This document shows, in pieces, positions 20,181 through 29,435 of a stretch of 64,000 nucleotides of DNA. The stretch lies in NCBI GenBank assembly GCA_964475005.1, contig CAYYUZ010000002.1:9272-73271 (forward strand), in the 5' to 3' direction. Position numbers and translations under genes: made by a program. Numbering within the stretch: position 1 is the stretch's first letter; each line of letters begins with the position of its first letter. Source of the DNA: an uncultured Spirochaetales bacterium. Lineage in GTDB: Bacteria > Spirochaetota > Spirochaetia > JABEVK01. Below the pieces are notes generated by a model. The model had not been told where the DNA came from and ran no database searches. It was given only the letters and a program-made list of their open reading frames with translations.

Positions 20181-20828
20181 GTGAGCAGCAACGCGGCCCT
20201 CGTTGAGTTGGTGCGGAGGAATTCTGTTTCCTATCTCGATGCGATGCATCGAGATGATCGAGTCTTGCAAGCCATGCTGGAAGTCGATCGGGCAGAATTC
20301 CTTCCCGCCAACGTTAGAAACCACGCCTATCGCGACGAGCCGGTTTCCATAGGTTTCGCGGAAACTTGCTCTGAGCCCAGCATGGTTGCGTTTATTCTCG
20401 ACAAGCTCGAGATCCGAGATGGGAACAAAGTACTTGAGATTGGGTCGGGGTGTGGCTACGCGGCCGCCATCGCCTCGCGGCTTTGTGGATCTTACGGGAA
20501 GATTTACGCTTGCGAGGTGATACCTCATCTCGCCTACCAAATGAAACTGAACTTTCTCAAAAAGTACGCGGACATTTCCATCATCATCACCGACGGATCG
20601 GCTGGTTTTCCCGAGCTTGCACCGTTTGACAGGATCTTCCTCTCGGCTGGAGTCGACAGCGAACGTTTCAACAGCAAGGTGCTCGTGGAGCAACTGTCGG
20701 AAGCAGGGAAGCTGATCTATCCCGAGGCTTACGGTTCACTTCATGTGCTGGAAAAGCAAGGTTCCACGGTGACCCAGACCACCTATCCAGGTGTCCGTTT
20801 TGTTCCGCTGACGGGAAAGAATAGCTAG
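20181..20828 (+). CDS. pcm: protein-L-isoaspartate(D-aspartate) O-methyltransferase
   Basis: SAM-binding LEIGSGCGYAAAIASRL and PCMT-like layout. GTG 20181 preceded by AAGGAG, 20 nt after the ppdK stop. Confidence 0.8.
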   Translation: MSSNAALVELVRRNSVSYLDAMHRDDRVLQAMLEVDRAEFLPANVRNHAYRDEPVSIGFAETCSEPSMVAFILDKLEIRDGNKVLEIGSGCGYAAAIASRLCGSYGKIYACEVIPHLAYQMKLNFLKKYADISIIITDGSAGFPELAPFDRIFLSAGVDSERFNSKVLVEQLSEAGKLIYPEAYGSLHVLEKQGSTVTQTTYPGVRFVPLTGKNS

Positions 20829-20856
20829 CCCGCGATCAGTCTACCGCATCTGGCGC

Positions 20857-23142
20857 CTAACCAAACCTCGCGAGCGAAGCCGCCGGTTCCTTTCCGTTGG
20901 CGACGTCGAGCATAGTCCGAACGAATTCAATCTTCACCAGGCCCTGCGACATCCGAGCCAGGTTGCGGAGCGGCAGTTCACGAAGCATGCTTCTCATCAT
21001 CAGGTCCTCGGCCGACCCCTCCTCGTAGATTCCGAACGCCGGTAGCAACTTCTTCATGAGGACTCGAACGAGAGAGCCTACCTCGGGGTGGTCCTCAAGA
21101 GAACTCACAGTCGAGTTTTCGGTGTAGTTGATTTTCAACGGCTGAGGAGAAGTGATGTGGATCCGCGTCCTTGCCCTCAGGTCGCGGCTGGAGGAACCGG
21201 CAACCAACTCGAACTCGCCCGACTCGACCACCCAGCGATGTTCTTTTACCGACCACCACGAAAACGCCCGAGGTCCCAGTTCGAACTCCACGGTTTTCGT
21301 CTGGCCCGGTTGAAGGAAGATCTTCTCGAAGCCTTTGAGTTCTCGAACCGGCCGCAACACAGAAGCCTTCACGTCCTCAACGTAGAGCTGAACCACTTCG
21401 GAGCCCGCTGTCTTTCCGACGTTGGTGACCGTCACCCGCGCGACAATTTGTGCAGTGCCGGACCCAAGAGTTTCAACCCTCAAGGAACCGTAGTCGAACT
21501 GCGTATAGCTCAGGCCGTGACCGAACGGAAACAACGGGTCCACGTGGGCGGTGTCATGGTAGCGGTAGCCCACGAAAACACCTTCGCGATACTCGACTTG
21601 TGTTCCGTCGCCGGGGAAGTTCAAGAAGGAGGGCGTGTCTTCGAGACGACGAGGAAAAGTCTCGGTCAGCTTTCCCGAAGGGTTGGCCAACCCGAACAAG
21701 AGGTCGCTCACGGCGCCGCCCCAGGCCTGCCCGCCCAGGTACCCTTCCAATACCGCGGGAACTCGGTCGAGCCAAGGCATTTCAATAGGGGAACCGTTGC
21801 TGAGGACCACCACCACATTCTTTTGAACCGCTAGAATGGCGTCGAGCAACGCTGTATGGCTGGCAGGAATGCTCAGATGACTACGGTCGAAACCCTCACT
21901 TTCCAACTCGTCGGTCAGCCCGAGAAAGACCACAGCCACCTCAGCCGCTTTGGCAGTCCGCACGGCGTCTTCCTGGAGAGCCTTGTCAACTGCACCGCCG
22001 CGCAGGGCGTACCCGGACGCGTAGGTGAACTGGGTCCCAGGGGAAGCACACCGCTTGGCTTCCTCGAGCGCGTCGTCAATTCGCGTCGGAATAATGTGGC
22101 TGCTTCCACCGCCTTGGTAGCGCGGGTGCCTTGCAAACGCCCCAATAAAGGCCACCCGCCCGCCGCTCAGAGGGAGAACACCGTCGTTCTTGAGCAAAAC
22201 CATGCTTTCGGTGGCGACCCGCCGCGCCAGGGAGTGGTGGGCGTCGACGTCAAAAACGGCGGAAGTGTCGAGATTCCCCATGACCTTCAACGTGAGGTCC
22301 AAGATACGGCGCACGGCGTTGTCTAGTTCGCCGATAGTCAGTTGGCCGCTCTTCACGGCACCGACAAGATCGGCGTCGGTCAAGCCGCCGTTGCCGGGCA
22401 TCTCGAAATCTTGCCCGGCGCGAATGCCTTCCACTCGATCGTTGCAAGCACCCCAGTCGGTAACGACAAGCCCCTTGTGCCCCCACTCTTTTTTCAGCAC
22501 TTCCGTCAGAAGCCAATGGTTCTCGGCGGCATAGGTTCCGTTGATCCTGTTGTAGGAACACATCACCGTCCACGGCTGAGCCCCCACGACCGCAGTCTCG
22601 AAGGCTGGCAGGTAAATCTCACGCAAGGTACGCTCGTCGACCCGAGCGTCGATAGTCATGCGGAGTTTCTCTTGGTTGTTGACGGCGAAGTGCTTCAGCG
22701 AAGTTCCCACACCTTCGGACTGCACCCCGCGAATGTGATGCTTGGCGATTTCCCCGGCCACGAAGGGATCTTCGGAAAAATACTCAAAATTCCGTCCGCA
22801 TAGGGGGCTTCGTTTGATGTTCACGGCGGGTCCCAGGATCACGCCGACCTGGCTGGCCTTGGATTCGCGGCCCAGTGCCCGGCCGACCTCTTCGACCAAG
22901 TCTCGATTCCAGGTGGAAGCCAGCCCGACCCCGGAAGGAAAACACGTCGCTGGAACACTATTCGTCAGCCCCACCCCACCGCCAATCTGCTTTCGGAGTC
23001 CGTGAGGCCCGTCGGTCATCGTCCACGAGGGAAGACCCAACCGTTCCACAGCCTTGGTATTCCAAAAGTCTTTCCCAGAGCAAAGGCTGGCCTTTTCTTC
23101 TAGCGTCAGTTCCTTGAGCAGGGTTTCGATGCGTTCGTTCAT
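20857..23142 (-). CDS. glycoside hydrolase family 3 beta-glucosidase (BglX-like)
   Basis: N-terminal GH3 region (LTLEEKASLCSGKDFWNTKAVERLGLPSWTMTDGPHGLR), GLVVTDWGA nucleophile region, C-terminal fibronectin-like domain. Start overlaps the TetR stop (ATGA). Confidence 0.9.
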   Translation of the reverse strand: MNERIETLLKELTLEEKASLCSGKDFWNTKAVERLGLPSWTMTDGPHGLRKQIGGGVGLTNSVPATCFPSGVGLASTWNRDLVEEVGRALGRESKASQVGVILGPAVNIKRSPLCGRNFEYFSEDPFVAGEIAKHHIRGVQSEGVGTSLKHFAVNNQEKLRMTIDARVDERTLREIYLPAFETAVVGAQPWTVMCSYNRINGTYAAENHWLLTEVLKKEWGHKGLVVTDWGACNDRVEGIRAGQDFEMPGNGGLTDADLVGAVKSGQLTIGELDNAVRRILDLTLKVMGNLDTSAVFDVDAHHSLARRVATESMVLLKNDGVLPLSGGRVAFIGAFARHPRYQGGGSSHIIPTRIDDALEEAKRCASPGTQFTYASGYALRGGAVDKALQEDAVRTAKAAEVAVVFLGLTDELESEGFDRSHLSIPASHTALLDAILAVQKNVVVVLSNGSPIEMPWLDRVPAVLEGYLGGQAWGGAVSDLLFGLANPSGKLTETFPRRLEDTPSFLNFPGDGTQVEYREGVFVGYRYHDTAHVDPLFPFGHGLSYTQFDYGSLRVETLGSGTAQIVARVTVTNVGKTAGSEVVQLYVEDVKASVLRPVRELKGFEKIFLQPGQTKTVEFELGPRAFSWWSVKEHRWVVESGEFELVAGSSSRDLRARTRIHITSPQPLKINYTENSTVSSLEDHPEVGSLVRVLMKKLLPAFGIYEEGSAEDLMMRSMLRELPLRNLARMSQGLVKIEFVRTMLDVANGKEPAASLARFG

Positions 23143-23828
23143 GACAAGTCTCCTTGAGAAGGTGCCAGGCCGTCTAGAAGAAGGTCGACCAGGGTCTGGG
23201 GCATTTTTCCGGGTTCCCCGGGAAGGGCTTCAATGAGAATGTCGCCACGAAGCAGCACCCGTTGGTGCAGACTGCGTACGGCATTGAGCAGGGTCACGCC
23301 GACAAGATGCTGATCAAGATCCGCTCGCAGACTTCCGTCTATGGCCCCGCGGCTGAGAAAATCGGCAAGGAAAGGGTCCTGCGGAAAATGAAGCCGCGCG
23401 GCCAAATTCTCTCGAAATTGGGCAGCAACGGCTGTTCCGGCAGGAATCCTCCCGCCCGAGAAGTAAGCGTCGAACTCGGCGAGGAAGACCATCTGTTTCT
23501 CGAAACGAGGCGACAACCAGTGATTCTTGAGATAACACCCCAAAGCTGTGCGTGCCGAAGCGCCGGCAGGAACGCTGTCACGCCACGAGGAGTCGGCTAT
23601 AAAGGATGCAAACACCTCTTCCAACAAACACGACGCCAAATCGGTTTTGTCCTGAAAGTAGCGGTAGAGAGTGCTTCGGCTGATGCCAGCGGCGTGGGCG
23701 ACGTCCTTCATCTGAGTGTCGAAGAACCCCTTTTGCAGGAAAAGCTCGAGAGCGGTGTCGAGGATACCCCGACGGGACTCGGGGGTCTGATAGATCATGC
23801 GCGGAGACTTGTCGGCGGTATCGGTCAT
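23139..23828 (-). CDS. TetR family transcriptional regulator
   Basis: TetR HTH ILDTALELFLQKGFFDTQMKDVAHAAGISRSTLYRYF. Start chosen at ATG 23828; alternative 23798. Confidence 0.8.
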   Translation of the reverse strand: MTDTADKSPRMIYQTPESRRGILDTALELFLQKGFFDTQMKDVAHAAGISRSTLYRYFQDKTDLASCLLEEVFASFIADSSWRDSVPAGASARTALGCYLKNHWLSPRFEKQMVFLAEFDAYFSGGRIPAGTAVAAQFRENLAARLHFPQDPFLADFLSRGAIDGSLRADLDQHLVGVTLLNAVRSLHQRVLLRGDILIEALPGEPGKMPQTLVDLLLDGLAPSQGDLS

Positions 23829-23841
23829 GGTACACTCGTTA

Positions 23842-23857
23842 TAGAACACGTGTACTA
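23842..23857. promoter_or_regulatory. imperfect 16-bp palindrome TAGAACACGTGTACTA, candidate TetR operator
   Basis: 14/16 symmetric, centred on ACACGTGT, 14-29 nt upstream of the TetR start. Confidence 0.4.
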
Positions 23858-23883
23858 CACAGTGAGTCCAGCAAATTGTTCTG

Positions 23884-24543
23884 TCAACCAAATTCGAAAG
23901 GCCGCGTCATCGTCAGGCTCTGCGACAGAAGCCCAACGGCCTCGGTAAAGGAATCGGCGAACTGGGGCGACTCGACCTGTCCAAAACCATACTTCGCGAA
24001 GAGAAAAGGAATACGGTTTTGTTGCGCAGCTTCGGCGTCGTGCGCGGTGTCTCCCACGTAGACCGGCGACCTCAGCTGATAGGTTTGGACAACCAGGGCA
24101 ATGTTGTCAGCCTTCGACTTGCCGGTTCGTCCGAAACACTCGAACCCCTCAAAGACCTCGCCAAGGTTGTTCTTAGCCAAAAAGTTCTCGATGTAGCCTT
24201 CCAAACAGTTGCTGATGATGAACAGCCGCTTCGACACCGCCAGGCGTGAAAGCCCGGCCTGGACGCCCTCGTAAAGAATGCCCCCGGATTTCTGAACAAG
24301 GCGCGACTCGTGACCGCGGTAGACCTTCACGAGTTCGGGATACAGTTCAGGAGGAATCCAGGGGAAGAACCTCGGCAAGAGGGTCTCAAAGGGCAGACCG
24401 GTGAAGGCGCGCACCTGGGGCGCCGACACGATCCGGTCGCCCCAGCCTAGAGTCTTCAGTGTTTCTGTCCAAGCCATGGCGCAAGTTGAACTGGCGTCCC
24501 ACAGCGTTCCGTCTAGGTCAAACAGGACGCTGTCGAAAGTCAT
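23884..24543 (-). CDS. HAD superfamily hydrolase (beta-phosphoglucomutase / sugar-phosphatase-like, subfamily IA)
   Basis: Motif I FDLDGTLWD at the N-terminus. Start re-placed at ATG 24543, which overlaps the upstream permease stop. Confidence 0.8.
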   Translation of the reverse strand: MTFDSVLFDLDGTLWDASSTCAMAWTETLKTLGWGDRIVSAPQVRAFTGLPFETLLPRFFPWIPPELYPELVKVYRGHESRLVQKSGGILYEGVQAGLSRLAVSKRLFIISNCLEGYIENFLAKNNLGEVFEGFECFGRTGKSKADNIALVVQTYQLRSPVYVGDTAHDAEAAQQNRIPFLFAKYGFGQVESPQFADSFTEAVGLLSQSLTMTRPFEFG

Positions 24544-25535
24544 ACCAATTCGCGTTTGCGCTTCTGGGTGTAGCTGTCGAGCCACAGGATGGCGACGATC
24601 ACCGCACCCTTGAGCATGACCTGGTACCACGAAGGGATGGTCAACATGTTCATGGCATTGTCGAGTAGGCCAAACACGAGCAGCCCCAGAGCCGACTGAG
24701 GAATTCCGCCTACGCCGCCGGCGAACGACGTGCCACCGACCACGGCGCCGCAGTTGACTACCAGCGCTGTGAAATCCCCGTAGACGGCGGACCCGGTGTT
24801 GAGCTTGGACGACAGCAGAACTCCGCCGAGGGCTGCCATCGTCCCGCTGATAACCAGGGTCATCCATTTGTTCTTGATGACATCGATGCCTGAATAACGG
24901 GCGACGTCGTAGTCGCCGCCGATGGCGTACAGGTTGCGTCCGAAGGCCGTGTAGCGCATCAGCCAGGCAAACAGGACGAAGCAGACCAGCATGATAATCA
25001 CCAAGTTTGGGATTCCCGGAAAGTGCCCATCGGCGAAAGTGCCGTCGCCGAAGAGGTAGCCGTTGCCAATCTGCATAAAGTCTGGATTCTTGGCGGGGAC
25101 GGGGTGGGCATCAGAAAGCTGCTGGGCCACTCCTGTCAGCATGAGGCCCACGCCAAGGGTGATGATGAACGGCTCGGTTTTCTGGTGAACCACTAGAAAA
25201 CCGTTCACGAAGCCCACCAAGGTACCGAACAGCACCGCCAGCAACAGAGCCAGCGGCATGGGCATGAAGTCCTGCAGTTGGATAGAGAGGATACCCGCGA
25301 CGACGAGGATGCCGCCGATGGAGAGGTCGCAACCACCTGAAATGATGGTTAAGCTCACGCCGAAACCCAGGATCATCAGGATGGAGGACGAGTTGAGCAT
25401 GTCGAGCAGGTTGTAGGCGCTGTAGAACTGGTCTCCTACGCTGAAAAGACCCGGCGCCATCGCCATGACAACCAGAATGATGACAATCGCCACAAGGGCC
25501 TTCTGCCTCACAAAAAGGCGGTAGAGGTTGTTCAT
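24540..25535 (-). CDS. sugar ABC transporter permease (CUT2, RbsC-like)
   Basis: About 8-10 TM helices and branched-chain/ribose permease-like sequence. ATG 25535 overlaps the upstream gene stop. Confidence 0.85.
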   Translation of the reverse strand: MNNLYRLFVRQKALVAIVIILVVMAMAPGLFSVGDQFYSAYNLLDMLNSSSILMILGFGVSLTIISGGCDLSIGGILVVAGILSIQLQDFMPMPLALLLAVLFGTLVGFVNGFLVVHQKTEPFIITLGVGLMLTGVAQQLSDAHPVPAKNPDFMQIGNGYLFGDGTFADGHFPGIPNLVIIMLVCFVLFAWLMRYTAFGRNLYAIGGDYDVARYSGIDVIKNKWMTLVISGTMAALGGVLLSSKLNTGSAVYGDFTALVVNCGAVVGGTSFAGGVGGIPQSALGLLVFGLLDNAMNMLTIPSWYQVMLKGAVIVAILWLDSYTQKRKRELV

Positions 25536-26500
25536 AGCTGGTTTCCCTGCACTTCTTTGCGGTTGTCGAGCCAGATGGCGAAAACGAGGATGAGACCCCT
25601 TGCGGCCCACTGCATGTACGAGGACACCCCCAAGAGGTTGAGGCAGTTGTTGAGCATAATTACGAGAAGAACTCCCATGACGGTGCGCAGGACGCTTCCC
25701 TTTCCTCCCTTAAGCGTCGTACCGCCCACGACCACGGCCAGAATGGCGTTTGTCTCGAAACCGAAGCCGATGACAGGGGCCGCCGTGGTGATCCGAGAGA
25801 AGAGCACAATGGCTCCGAGGGCCGCCATGAAACCGCCGATGGTGTAGATCAGGACAATCGAGCGGTCCACCGGGACGCCAGCCAGACGCGCCGCTGTCTT
25901 GTTGCCGCCCGTAAGCGAAATCGCACGGCCTGCAGCGGTCCTTGTATGGAAGATCCACAGGATGGCCAGCGCCACGAGGAAGATGATGAACGACACGGAA
26001 AGCGGACCCACGTCTCCGGCTCCGATGGAATCAAACACGGAGTGGCTGGTTGTGAGGTCCCAGAAGTGCCTTGTTGATCCTCCCGAATAGATGAGGGCGA
26101 AGGAGGAGTAGACGGTGCTCATGCCAAAGGTGATGAACAGCGCCTCGGCCTGTGTCGTCGCACCCCCTGTTAGGATGAGCACGGCGTTCATGGCGCCGCA
26201 GACCGACCCTAGAAACAGGCCGGTCGCCAAAGCTCCAGCCTGTCCGAGGGGATCGATGAGGGAGATGGTGACAACAGCGACCAAGTTGATGGTGCCGGCG
26301 ACCGAAAGATCGATGAACCCGCCTATGATGACAAAGGTCATCCCCAGCGATACAAGGATGAGCGGGCCAAACTGGCGCATGATGTTCACTAGGTTGGCCG
26401 GCGAGATGAATTTCGGCTGGATTACGGCGGTAATGAGGGCCAAGCCCAGAATCATCACAAGGACAAGGTAGTCTTTCAGGATGGAGCCCAACGCCCTCAC
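25532..26500 (-). CDS. sugar ABC transporter permease (CUT2, RbsC-like)
   Basis: Hydrophobic multi-TM protein adjacent to and overlapping the ATPase gene. Confidence 0.85.
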   Translation of the reverse strand: MRALGSILKDYLVLVMILGLALITAVIQPKFISPANLVNIMRQFGPLILVSLGMTFVIIGGFIDLSVAGTINLVAVVTISLIDPLGQAGALATGLFLGSVCGAMNAVLILTGGATTQAEALFITFGMSTVYSSFALIYSGGSTRHFWDLTTSHSVFDSIGAGDVGPLSVSFIIFLVALAILWIFHTRTAAGRAISLTGGNKTAARLAGVPVDRSIVLIYTIGGFMAALGAIVLFSRITTAAPVIGFGFETNAILAVVVGGTTLKGGKGSVLRTVMGVLLVIMLNNCLNLLGVSSYMQWAARGLILVFAIWLDNRKEVQGNQL

Positions 26501-27996
26501 AATGCGCCTCCCGCAAGCCCCAGCGCGGCCCGCATGATAGTATCGACGGGAACGTGCTCGGGCTCAAATTCACCGGTGATCCGGCCGTCGTAGATGGTGA
26601 GCACCCGGTTGCTCATGTTGAGCACCTCGGGAAGCTCTGAAGAAATCAAAATCACCGCCCCGCCCTTCTCGGCGATCTGTTTCATCAGGAGATAAATCTC
26701 GTACTTGGCACCTACGTCGATCCCCTTGGTTGGCTCGTCCATGATGAAGATGCTCGGTCCGATTTCGAGCCAGCGGCCGACGATGCATTTCTGCTGATTG
26801 CCGCCAGACAGATTCTTGATGGCGACCTTGACGTTCGGTGTTTTGATCCTGAGAGATTGCACTTGCTTCGCGCCGATGCCCTTCTCAGAAGATTTCCTCA
26901 GAAACCCGAACCTGGTGAAGCGCTCGATGGACGCCATGGAGATGTTGTGCTCCACCGAGAACGGCAGAACCAGGCCCTGGAGTTTCCGGTCTTCGGGGAT
27001 GAAGCCCAGACCCGCGTCCTTGGCGTTTTTCGGGTTGCGAATGTTCACCGGCTTTCCGTTGATGGAAATCGAATGCCCGTGGACCCGGTCGGCGCCGAAT
27101 AGAGCCCGCACGATTTCAGTGCGGCCAGCTCCGACCAAACCAACCAGGCCCAAGATTTCTCCCTTCTTCAGGTTGAATCGGATGTCATGAAGCTTTCTTG
27201 TGTTGAGGTTCTTCACCTCCATGAGCGTTTCGCCGAGATTCCGCGACCGTTCGGGATATTCGTTCTCGATGGTCCGGCCAACCATCTTGGTGATCAGTTC
27301 GTCTCGGGTGAAGTCTTGTTTCGGTTTGGTGTCGATCACGTTGCCGTCACGCATGACCGTGACGATGTCGCAGAAGTCGAAGATCTCCTCGAGCTTGTGA
27401 CTGATGTAGATGATGGAGATCCCCTGGGCCTTGAGCTGGTGGATGATCTTGACGAGCAGGGCCATTTCCTCGCTGGTCAGGCTGGTGCTAGGCTCATCCA
27501 TGATGATGAGCTTGGACTGGAACGAGAGCGCCTTGGAGATCTCGACCATCTGTTTGGTCGAAACGCTCAGCTCGGAAACGAGCTTGGTCGTGCTGACTTT
27601 GCAGCCAATACTGTCAAGCAGTTCGCGGGCTTTGGCGTGGGTCCCACGCATCCCTTTCATTTCTTTGAAGCGCCCGAGGAAGATGTTCTCGCCGACGCTC
27701 ATCGTGTTCACCAGGTTAAGCTCCTGATAGATGATGGCCAAACCGCTCTGCATGGATTCGTAAGGGGTGGTGTGCTCAATCGTCTTGCCGTCGAAGACAA
27801 TGGTTCCTGTATCTTTCTTGTAGACACCGGAAAGGATCTTCATGAGCGTGGACTTGCCCGCACCGTTCTCTCCCACCACTCCGTGCACCATGCCGCGCCT
27901 GAAATCGATCGAAACACCGTTCAGGGCCCTGACCCCGGGGAAAGTTTTTGTGACCTCTTTGATGGATAAGATAATCTCTGACCCTGCTGTATCCAT
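26497..27996 (-). CDS. sugar ABC transporter ATP-binding protein with duplicated ATPase domains (RbsA/MglA-like)
   Basis: Two Walker A motifs (GENGAGKST, GLVGAGRT), two LSGGNQQK signatures, Walker B IIMDEPT. Confidence 0.9.
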   Translation of the reverse strand: MDTAGSEIILSIKEVTKTFPGVRALNGVSIDFRRGMVHGVVGENGAGKSTLMKILSGVYKKDTGTIVFDGKTIEHTTPYESMQSGLAIIYQELNLVNTMSVGENIFLGRFKEMKGMRGTHAKARELLDSIGCKVSTTKLVSELSVSTKQMVEISKALSFQSKLIIMDEPSTSLTSEEMALLVKIIHQLKAQGISIIYISHKLEEIFDFCDIVTVMRDGNVIDTKPKQDFTRDELITKMVGRTIENEYPERSRNLGETLMEVKNLNTRKLHDIRFNLKKGEILGLVGLVGAGRTEIVRALFGADRVHGHSISINGKPVNIRNPKNAKDAGLGFIPEDRKLQGLVLPFSVEHNISMASIERFTRFGFLRKSSEKGIGAKQVQSLRIKTPNVKVAIKNLSGGNQQKCIVGRWLEIGPSIFIMDEPTKGIDVGAKYEIYLLMKQIAEKGGAVILISSELPEVLNMSNRVLTIYDGRITGEFEPEHVPVDTIMRAALGLAGGAL

Positions 27997-28077
27997 AAGT
28001 CCTAACCTATATTGGATTTGAAAAAAAACGGCCCGTTCCCCATGATGACGGAACGGGCCGCTAAACTCAACTGTCGA

Positions 28078-29022
28078 CTACCACTGGGGCAGAGGGTAGT
28101 TGTTGACGGTGCTCTTGTCGTAGATGAGCTGGGGAATCACGTTGAAGGCCTGGACCTTCTTTCCGGCCAGGACATCCTTGGCAAGGCTCAGTTCTTTCTT
28201 GACCATGGCGGTGAAGTCCTGGGCAATGGAAACGGCCTGATCGCCGCTCTTAACCTGGACATAGCCGGCCTTGTTGCCGTCGACGCCGACGATAAAGATG
28301 TTCTTAAGCCCGGCGGCCTTGGCGGCCTGGATAACGCCCGTCGCACCGTTGTCCCAGTGAACGAACACACCCTGAATCTTGTTGCCGTACTTGACGATGT
28401 CGTCTTCCATGATGGCCTGGGCTTGGTCGGTAGCCCACTGCTGGCAAGCCTTGAAGTCAAGGACCTGAATCTTGGAGCCCTTGATGCCCTTGTCGCCGTT
28501 GAAGCCGTCGTGGCGTTGCAACTGGGCGTTGTGGCCGGCCTGGCCGCCGATCTCTACGACCGTGGCGCCGTTCGGGAAAGCCTTGATGAACTGCTGGGCG
28601 GCGAGTTGTCCGCCGAGGTTGTCGTCGCTAGTGGCGGCGAAGTCGCGGTACTTCTGATCGGCCCCGACAAGTTCAGAGGAGAACATGCCAACGATGAGGC
28701 CGGCTTGTTTGGCCTTGATGATGGCCGGAACGATGGCGTGGATGTCGTTCGGATTGAGGAAGATCGCCTTGAACTTCTGAGCGATGCAGTTCGTGACGAT
28801 CTGCGACTCAGCCTGGGTGTCGCCCTTGGCGTCGAAAGTGGACACTTCGAACCCGTAGTCGGCACCGTATTTCAAAAACTCTTTTGCGGAGAAAGCCTGC
28901 GACTCGTTGGCCTGGTTGGACACGATGAACGCGGCCTTGACTTTGGCTTGGGCGAACGCTCCCGCGCTCATCCCGATGAGCAACGCCAGTCCTATGACCA
29001 GCACCTTGTTGAATCTTGCCAC
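28078..29022 (-). CDS. sugar ABC transporter periplasmic binding protein (RbsB-like)
   Basis: Signal peptide ARFNKVLVIGLALLIGMSAGAFAQA and periplasmic-binding fold sequence. GTG start at 29022 with GGAGG RBS. Confidence 0.85.
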   Translation of the reverse strand: MARFNKVLVIGLALLIGMSAGAFAQAKVKAAFIVSNQANESQAFSAKEFLKYGADYGFEVSTFDAKGDTQAESQIVTNCIAQKFKAIFLNPNDIHAIVPAIIKAKQAGLIVGMFSSELVGADQKYRDFAATSDDNLGGQLAAQQFIKAFPNGATVVEIGGQAGHNAQLQRHDGFNGDKGIKGSKIQVLDFKACQQWATDQAQAIMEDDIVKYGNKIQGVFVHWDNGATGVIQAAKAAGLKNIFIVGVDGNKAGYVQVKSGDQAVSIAQDFTAMVKKELSLAKDVLAGKKVQAFNVIPQLIYDKSTVNNYPLPQW

Positions 29023-29110
29023 AATGAACCTCCATTGTTTTTTTACAGAACGTGAAGACGCCTGTAATTCCCAAAATCTTCGATCCACTTTCGGTATCTG
29101 TCAAGCACGA

Positions 29111-29140
29111 TTTCATAAGAAACTATATTGCTTTCATATG
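29111..29140. promoter_or_regulatory. direct repeat TTTCATAAG-N12-TTTCATATG upstream of the CUT2 ABC operon
   Basis: Two TTTCATA half-sites 21 bp apart. The motif CATATGAAAGCAA is also present upstream of GRE activase 2 (49340..49371). Confidence 0.35.
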
Positions 29141-29262
29141 CGCACAATTCCTCGACGAATGTTAGTCTTTGGGCGACGCCAAGCCACGAGAGACATCGGA
29201 GCCATGTCCCGAGCTGTCACACTGGAACTCGGCCGAGAGCTGAGCTCCTGCAGTTTCGTCTT

Positions 29263-29282
29263 AATTGTGTTCGCACACAATT
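29263..29282. promoter_or_regulatory. 20-bp palindrome AATTGTGTTCGCACACAATT, candidate LacI-family operator
   Basis: Perfect 8-bp arms around a TCGC centre, strongly resembling LacI/CcpA-type operators. Sits in the 413-bp divergent region between the ABC operon and the LacI gene. Confidence 0.5.
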
Positions 29283-29435
29283 GGAAATATCGGCCCAGCG
29301 GAAGCCTGTGTCAAGAAATTTCGGGTTGGAGAGCTTCAGGTTAGGAGGACTCGCATCTTCTTTTGTGTTTGGGCCTCAATTCTGTTGCATAACACCTTTT
29401 CTTGGTGCATTCCTTGTTATAGAGAGGAATATCAG

